Origin: Bacteroidia bacterium
GTDB lineage: Bacteria; Bacteroidota; Bacteroidia; NS11-12g; UBA9320
Assembly: GCA_028247315.1 (NCBI GenBank)
Contig: JAOKFZ010000001.1
Coordinates: 11,248 to 75,247 of the forward strand
DNA: 64,000 nt
Direction: 5' to 3'
The position numbers and the translations under genes were made by a program. This document shows positions 58,422-64,000 of this stretch, piece by piece. A model generated the notes under the pieces. It made no database searches. It was given only the letters and a program-made list of their open reading frames with translations, and was not told the DNA's origin. Position 1 is the first letter of the stretch, and the number at the start of each line of letters is the position of its first letter.

Positions 58422-60893
58422 ATGAACCAATTAAAATCAATCCTTGGCACCTACAAAAACGTACTGATCGCCATTGCTGTTATTTTTACACTCACCGCTC
58501 TTTTTGTGCCTTCCAATTTCAAAGGAAAAGCACCCAAACAAAGTGATATAGTTCAGTTCCAGGGAGCGGCCAGCGAAATTATCCAGTACAGAAAAGACGA
58601 GGGGGGCACATTGCTCTGGACAAACGCCCTATTCTGTGGGATGCCGGCATACAGCATTAGCAACCCGACTGAGCCTGTTATAATAAAGCACCTAAGAAAG
58701 CCTACCAGTCCATATTTATGGTCTATTATTTTCCTGTACATATTCTGTGCATTTGTCATGCTCAAATCTTTTGAGGTACGCACGTGGTTAGCACTTATTG
58801 GTGCTATCGGGATAGGTTTTGCTACAGAAAACCTTACCATATTAGCGGTAGGACACAATACTAAGGCAGCAGCAATTGGCTACTTACCGCTAGTAATAGC
58901 AGGTTGCCAATACTTGTTTAGAAAAAAACACCTCTTTGGTCTTACGCTACTGGCAGCTGGATTTGCCTTGCAGATCTACGTCAATCATGTACAAATCACA
59001 TACTATGGTGGCTTTATGGTTGCGTTGTTTTTTGTGTTCCAGCTCGTAAAGCACATCAAAGAGAATCGTATAAAAGAATTTGCCCTTGCTGCCATACTTG
59101 CGATTGCGGGTGCCAGTATAGCCATAAGTGCAAATAGCCTAAACTTACTGTTGCTTAATGAATATGCCGAAGACTCTATTAGAGGTGCTAGTGCTCTTAC
59201 TATAATGAAAGAGGCTAGTGATGCAGGCAATGTACAAAATGGCCTTACCAAGGATTACGTTTTTTCTTACAGCACAGGTTGGACTGATATTATTGCTACT
59301 TTTATCCCAAACTATAGCGGCGGAGACTCTGATAAGCTCGGCTTATACTATGGGCAAATAGGAAGCACCTCCGGACCAAAATACATTGGAGCTACAATGC
59401 TAATACTGATGCTCCTTGGTCTTGTTCTCGTAAAAGGTCCCAGAAAATGGTGGCTTGTTACTACCATGATACTCACCATCATCTTGTCTATGGGTGGCAA
59501 CAACTTTGTAGGCATAAATACCTTTATGTACGAGCATTTTCCCTTGTACAATAAATTCAGGGCACCCAGCATGATGCTAGTCCTCTTACAACTTAGTGTT
59601 GGTTTAATGGCCATACTCGGATTGGAGCAATTGTTTCGCAATCCCACTATAGCCAATGAGGAACTCAAAAAACTCAGAATTGCGGCTGTAAGTGGAGTTG
59701 CCGTCGTATTACTTCTGACTTTTACAGGCACTCTATTCAACGATTTCAATAGTATACCTAAGGAAAATGAACAAGGACAAATAGTATATGACTCTGATAC
59801 AGAGTATGCCAAAAACGTAATAAAAAGACAAGGAGGGCAGCCAGATCAAACAAGCATAGATCGTTTCAAAGATCAGCTAAGTGACCTTAGAATAGAGGCA
59901 ATGAAAAAAGACGGTTTTCGCAGTCTATTCTTCATCATTGCAATACTCATTGTGTTGTGGTTGTTTACCAATAGTAAGCTCGACAAGAAATACGCCATAG
60001 TACTACTTGGTTTGCTTATAACCGCAGATCTTTGGTTTGTTGGCAAACGCTATCTAAATGACAAAGATTTCAAGAAAGTAAGAACCCTAGAACAACCTTT
60101 TGTCCCATACCAAGCAGACTTAGCGATACAGCAAGATAAGTCTTACTACAGAGTATTAGATTTGACTCAGAGTACGCTCAACAGCAATAGATGTGCTAAT
60201 TTTCACAAATCTATAGGAGGCTATAGTGCTGCTAAAATGAGAAGATTTCAAGACCTCTGGGATTGGTATTTAATGGATGATCTTCGATCTGGTAAGGTTC
60301 AAAACAATGCCATTTTCAATATGCTGAATATGAAGTACTTCATCTACCCAAACCAGCAACAACAAGGAGGAGAACCACAGTACGGGAAAAATACCAATTC
60401 GCTTGGGAATGCTTGGATATTGGCTGATATACAAGTAGTACCCAACGCCGATAGTGCTATCCTTAGATTAGGAACTTTGGACACACGTTCACAAGGTGTT
60501 GTAGAGCAAGAGTTTGAAGAGCTAATCTCAACTAACATTGCCATAGACAGCAATGCTAGTATCACTTTTGACAAGTACCATCCCGAAAAGTTGGAATACA
60601 CCTACAACAGTAGCCAAGAAAGCAATGTTGCTTTCTCAGAAGTATTCTATGACAAAGGGTGGAAAGCCTACATAGATAACAAGCCTGTAGACCACTACCG
60701 AGTAAACTACGTGCTGCGTGGACTCAAAGTACCCGCAGGCAAGCACAACATCACTTTCGAATACAAACCAGACACATATGCCATCGGTAGCACCTTAGCC
60801 ATCTCTTTTGGTTCTATCATCTACTTATTAATAGGCCTATCTCTATTAGTATGGACAAAAGCACAATTTACTGCTCATAAAGAAGTAGCTTAA
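58422..60893 (+). CDS. YfhO-family polytopic membrane protein (putative glycosyl/glycan transferase)
   Basis: About 820 aa from the ATG at 58422. Many N-terminal TM segments, a large C-terminal extracytoplasmic domain and a final TM, matching the YfhO family layout. Confidence 0.7.
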   Translation: MNQLKSILGTYKNVLIAIAVIFTLTALFVPSNFKGKAPKQSDIVQFQGAASEIIQYRKDEGGTLLWTNALFCGMPAYSISNPTEPVIIKHLRKPTSPYLWSIIFLYIFCAFVMLKSFEVRTWLALIGAIGIGFATENLTILAVGHNTKAAAIGYLPLVIAGCQYLFRKKHLFGLTLLAAGFALQIYVNHVQITYYGGFMVALFFVFQLVKHIKENRIKEFALAAILAIAGASIAISANSLNLLLLNEYAEDSIRGASALTIMKEASDAGNVQNGLTKDYVFSYSTGWTDIIATFIPNYSGGDSDKLGLYYGQIGSTSGPKYIGATMLILMLLGLVLVKGPRKWWLVTTMILTIILSMGGNNFVGINTFMYEHFPLYNKFRAPSMMLVLLQLSVGLMAILGLEQLFRNPTIANEELKKLRIAAVSGVAVVLLLTFTGTLFNDFNSIPKENEQGQIVYDSDTEYAKNVIKRQGGQPDQTSIDRFKDQLSDLRIEAMKKDGFRSLFFIIAILIVLWLFTNSKLDKKYAIVLLGLLITADLWFVGKRYLNDKDFKKVRTLEQPFVPYQADLAIQQDKSYYRVLDLTQSTLNSNRCANFHKSIGGYSAAKMRRFQDLWDWYLMDDLRSGKVQNNAIFNMLNMKYFIYPNQQQQGGEPQYGKNTNSLGNAWILADIQVVPNADSAILRLGTLDTRSQGVVEQEFEELISTNIAIDSNASITFDKYHPEKLEYTYNSSQESNVAFSEVFYDKGWKAYIDNKPVDHYRVNYVLRGLKVPAGKHNITFEYKPDTYAIGSTLAISFGSIIYLLIGLSLLVWTKAQFTAHKEVA

Positions 60894-60897
60894 CTCT

Positions 60898-62022
60898 ATG
60901 CGATTTGCGGATTTACCCGGACTAGATAAGCTTAAAACGAAGCTTTTACAAAGTGTAAATAATGGCAAATTGCCTCATGCACAGTTATTCCTAGGGCCAC
61001 AAGGAAGCGGTAAGCTAGAACTTGCCTACGCACTTACGCAGTATCTATACTGTTCAGAAAAGCAAGGGACTGACTCCTGCGGCGAGTGCAGTAGTTGTCG
61101 AAAAATATCCAGCCATACACATCCAGATGTACACTATTCTTATCCTGTCACTAATCCTGGGACATCTACCAAGAAGCCAATTAGTACAGACTACATAGAA
61201 AAATGGCGAACCTTTAACAAAGAGAAAGCATTTTTCAATATTTCTGACTGGGTGAGTGTGATAGCTAAAGATGAGAATAAACAGCCAAATATCTACAGAG
61301 AAGAAACCAGAAGCATTATTTCTAAACTTTCGCTGAAGCCCTACGAGGGAGAAGCCAAAACACTGATAATTTGGATGCCAGAATATTTGAAAAACGAAAG
61401 TAACGTCTTACTCAAACTGATAGAAGAACCGCCACAGAAAACATATTTTATACTTGTAGCTGAAGATAGCGATGAGCTACTTACGACCATTACCAGCAGA
61501 ACACAGTTAGTCAAAGTGCCGCGATACACCCAAGAGGAGACGGTCAACTTCCTCAAAGACAAGTACAAACTAGAAAGCACCAAAGCAGAGCAGTTGGGTT
61601 ATCTAGCTGAAGGTGATTTTCGCAAGGCAAATGAACTGGTAGAAAGTGTAGAGGACAACTACGGCAGCATTTTTAGAGATTGGATGATTGCTTGCTATAC
61701 CAACAATCTTATAAAATCGTATGAAATTGCGGATAGTATGACGAAGCAAGGAAGGGTGCAATCTCAATTATTTCTGACCAATGGGCTATCCATATTACGT
61801 GAGAGCCTACTCTACAAAACGGTAGATGGATACCAAATAAAAGCGGAACAAGAGCAGCAAGATTTTATCAAGAATTTTAGCAAAACCCTAAATGCTTCTT
61901 GTATAGAAAAGAGCTACAAACAAATAAATGAAGTCATTTACCATATTAAAAGAAATGCAAATGGGCGTCTAGCTTTATTTCACCTTAGCCTAAATTTAAG
62001 ATATAACTTTGTACGTAAATAA
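60898..62022 (+). CDS. holB: DNA polymerase III subunit delta'
   Basis: LPHAQLFLGPQGSGKLELAYAL, zinc module CGECSSCRK, sensor region TITSRTQ. Confidence 0.85.
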   Translation: MRFADLPGLDKLKTKLLQSVNNGKLPHAQLFLGPQGSGKLELAYALTQYLYCSEKQGTDSCGECSSCRKISSHTHPDVHYSYPVTNPGTSTKKPISTDYIEKWRTFNKEKAFFNISDWVSVIAKDENKQPNIYREETRSIISKLSLKPYEGEAKTLIIWMPEYLKNESNVLLKLIEEPPQKTYFILVAEDSDELLTTITSRTQLVKVPRYTQEETVNFLKDKYKLESTKAEQLGYLAEGDFRKANELVESVEDNYGSIFRDWMIACYTNNLIKSYEIADSMTKQGRVQSQLFLTNGLSILRESLLYKTVDGYQIKAEQEQQDFIKNFSKTLNASCIEKSYKQINEVIYHIKRNANGRLALFHLSLNLRYNFVRK

Positions 62023-62661
62023 ATGATAAACAATCAAATACAGAAAATATTAATCCTTGCTCCACATACAGACGATGGAGAATTTGGTTGTGGAGCAAGC
62101 ATCCACAAATGGGTACAACAAGGCAAAACTGTCTACTATGCTACCTTCTCAGCTTGCAAACAGTCTGTACTTCCTGAGTTTCCAGAAGATGTACTGATCA
62201 CTGAGGTAAAAGCCGCAACGAAGGTACTTGGTATAGTACCTGAAAACCTACTGTTGTTTGATTACGAAGTACGAACATTCAACTACCACAGACAAGAAAT
62301 CCTAGACGATCTCATCCGACTCAGAGAACAAATCAAGCCGGATTTAGTCGTAATACCGTCTCTCAACGATATACATCAAGATCATAAAACGATCGCAGAA
62401 GAAGGGCTACGAGCATTCAAGTTTTTCAGCATACTAAGCTACGAGATGCCATGGAATAACTTGGTATTCAATACCACATGTTTCAATACGCTCCAAGAAG
62501 CAGACGTAGACAAAAAGATAGAGGCACTAAAAGAATATAAGTCTCAAGCCCATAGACCCTATAGCAATCCTGCTTTTATAAAAGGTCTAGCACTAAGCAG
62601 AGGCATACAAGTAAATGCTCCTTTTGCGGAGGTGTTTGAAGTAGTGCGATGGAAGCTATAA
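62023..62661 (+). CDS. PIG-L/LmbE-family N-acetylglucosaminyl deacetylase
   Basis: ILILAPHTDDGEFGCGASI (PHxDD motif) and DIHQDHKTIAEE (HxDH). The ATG directly abuts the holB stop. Confidence 0.8.
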   Translation: MINNQIQKILILAPHTDDGEFGCGASIHKWVQQGKTVYYATFSACKQSVLPEFPEDVLITEVKAATKVLGIVPENLLLFDYEVRTFNYHRQEILDDLIRLREQIKPDLVVIPSLNDIHQDHKTIAEEGLRAFKFFSILSYEMPWNNLVFNTTCFNTLQEADVDKKIEALKEYKSQAHRPYSNPAFIKGLALSRGIQVNAPFAEVFEVVRWKL

Positions 62662-63683
62662 AACGTATACTGGTAACTGGTGGCGGTGCTCCTGGAGCCC
62701 CTGGCATATTAAAATCTATTGCTAAAGAAGCTCCAGAGCTTACTATTTATGCTTGCGACGCTCAGTCAGAGACAGCTGGCAAACTCCTAGCAGACGGTTA
62801 TTTTTCGGTACCTTTAGGCACAGCACCCAATTTTGTAGAAGTACTCCTAGCCAAATGCATAGAACACAATATTCAAGCTGTATTACCTATTACAACCAGA
62901 GAATTGGAACCGCTCAGTAAGGCAAGACCTCAGTTTGAACAAGCCGGCATTCACCTCATAGTAAGCGAGAGTAAAGACCTTGATATTGCCAATGATAAAG
63001 GCAAACTGTATACCCACTTATCACAGCATTCTATTACCGTTCCTGCCTTTGGTATTGCAAATACCTATGCAACGTACAAGGAGATAAAAACACGACTCAA
63101 AAAAGACCGCAAAAGATTCATTGTAAAACCCTGCAAAGCAAATGGGAGTCGCGGTTTTAGAATAGTTGATAGCAGCGTAAACAAGCACGACTTACTGTTC
63201 AATCACAAACCAAATAGCACTTACATCTCTGAAGAAGAACTAGACGATATTTTATGCGAATCATTCCCTCCACTGCTCATATCTGAGCACCTCCCAGGAG
63301 ACGAGTATACCGTAGATTGCCTGGTCAATAACGGCGTACCTCAGCTCATCATACCACGCAGAAGAGACAAAATGAATGCAGGCATTAGCGTAGCAGGAGA
63401 AATCGTAAATAACACAGAAGTCATAGCCTATTGTGCTGCTATTTTGGCTACACTCAAGCTCCACGGTCCCATAGGAATACAGGTAAAGTATAGTAAAGAT
63501 AATATACCTTTACTCGTAGAAATAAACCCCAGAATTCAAGGCACCACAGTAGCACTGATGGGTGCAGGCATTAACATCCCGCTACTCAGCATTACCAACG
63601 GATTACGCTCCAAATCACTGAACGAAACTCCTATCAAATGGGGCACTCGATTTATTAGACACTACGAAGAGCTATATTTCTAA
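62649..63683 (+). CDS. ATP-grasp domain ligase (CarB/PylC-like)
   Basis: N-terminal Rossmann-like ILVTGGGAPGAPG, ATP-grasp core FIVKPCKANGSRGF, EHLPGDEYTVDC and LLVEINPRIQG. Overlaps the PIG-L gene by 13 nt. Confidence 0.75.
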   Translation: MEAIKRILVTGGGAPGAPGILKSIAKEAPELTIYACDAQSETAGKLLADGYFSVPLGTAPNFVEVLLAKCIEHNIQAVLPITTRELEPLSKARPQFEQAGIHLIVSESKDLDIANDKGKLYTHLSQHSITVPAFGIANTYATYKEIKTRLKKDRKRFIVKPCKANGSRGFRIVDSSVNKHDLLFNHKPNSTYISEEELDDILCESFPPLLISEHLPGDEYTVDCLVNNGVPQLIIPRRRDKMNAGISVAGEIVNNTEVIAYCAAILATLKLHGPIGIQVKYSKDNIPLLVEINPRIQGTTVALMGAGINIPLLSITNGLRSKSLNETPIKWGTRFIRHYEELYF

Positions 63684-63703
63684 TTCTTTTCCTTTTTTTA
63701 AGA

Positions 63704-63711
63704 TATATTTG
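63704..63711 (+). promoter_or_regulatory. Candidate -7 box (TATATTTG) upstream of the PSP1-like gene
   Basis: TAnnTTTG match about 100 nt upstream of the ATG at 63810. Confidence 0.3.
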
Positions 63712-63809
63712 ACCGATGTATCTATGTGATACTAAATGGTAGAATAAGAGACGTATGCAGTCTTTATTTACCTTTATAAAATGATAAACACGATTAGCAA
63801 TATATAGAT

Positions 63810-64000
63810 ATGGGATGCGGAAGTTGCGGTAATAATAATGGGAGTCACAGCCCGGGATGTGGCAACAATGGTAGCTGCTCTACAGGCAGTTGCAATAAAT
63901 TGAATGTATATAATTGGCTTACAGATGTAGTGCTCCCGGAGGATTACGAGCCTTTTAATATTGTAGAAGTACGTTTCAAAGGGAGTAAAAAACAGTTTTA
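63810..64000 (+). CDS. PSP1/RicT (YaaT)-like protein, 3' end outside window
   Basis: Cys/Gly-rich N-terminus MGCGSCGNNNGSHSPGCGNNGSCSTGSC followed by KLNVYNWL...FNIVEVRFKG, typical of the PSP1 C-terminal-domain family that commonly follows holB. Confidence 0.7.
   Translation, partial: MGCGSCGNNNGSHSPGCGNNGSCSTGSCNKLNVYNWLTDVVLPEDYEPFNIVEVRFKGSKKQF

Noticed and set aside
1-64000. CRISPR arrays, rRNA/tRNA/tmRNA/RNase P genes, transposases, integrases, prophage or classic defence-system genes, sigma-54 (TGGCAC-N5-TTGC) promoters
   Set aside because: I scanned intergenic regions and ORF translations. I found no direct-repeat/spacer arrays, no tRNA-like T-arm sequences (GGTTCGAATCC-type), and no recombinase or nuclease/helicase defence signatures. 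The few TGGCAC occurrences lie inside genes and lack the -12 TTGC element.

Overview
The window looks like a chromosomal segment of a Bacteroidota (Flavobacteriia-like) genome. Four predicted exported proteins end in T9SS type-A C-terminal sorting domains, several genes have TAnnTTTG -7 boxes upstream, and rpoN and a GldE-like CNNM/CBS protein are present. It is densely coding, with about 65 genes, many with 1-14 nt overlaps. Most are housekeeping: aspS, asnS, rarA, rdgB, iscSUA, aconitase, rpoN, folA, nadC, upp, obg, adk, pth, rbfA, holB. I found no rRNA, tRNA, CRISPR array, transposase or integrase. The parts most worth a second look are listed below. (1) At 13.6-22.4 kb, a molybdoenzyme set (FdhD, YdeP-family oxidoreductase, MobA) faces iscS-iscU-iscA. 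In the slot where hscBA-fdx normally follow iscA sits an uncharacterised polytopic membrane protein translationally coupled to a small P-loop NTPase. (2) At 48-61 kb there is a glycan locus that is A/T-rich by eye. It has a Wzx flippase, an FkbM methyltransferase and three glycosyltransferases, is flanked by two large polytopic membrane proteins (a possible GT-C-like protein and YfhO), and contains two stretches of decayed genes. (3) A coupled PIG-L deacetylase and ATP-grasp ligase pair is wedged between holB and a PSP1/RicT-like gene. (4) A 618-aa protein appears to contain two tandem Cys/Met-type PLP modules. Functional calls rest on my recognition of motifs in the translated ORFs. No database search was run.
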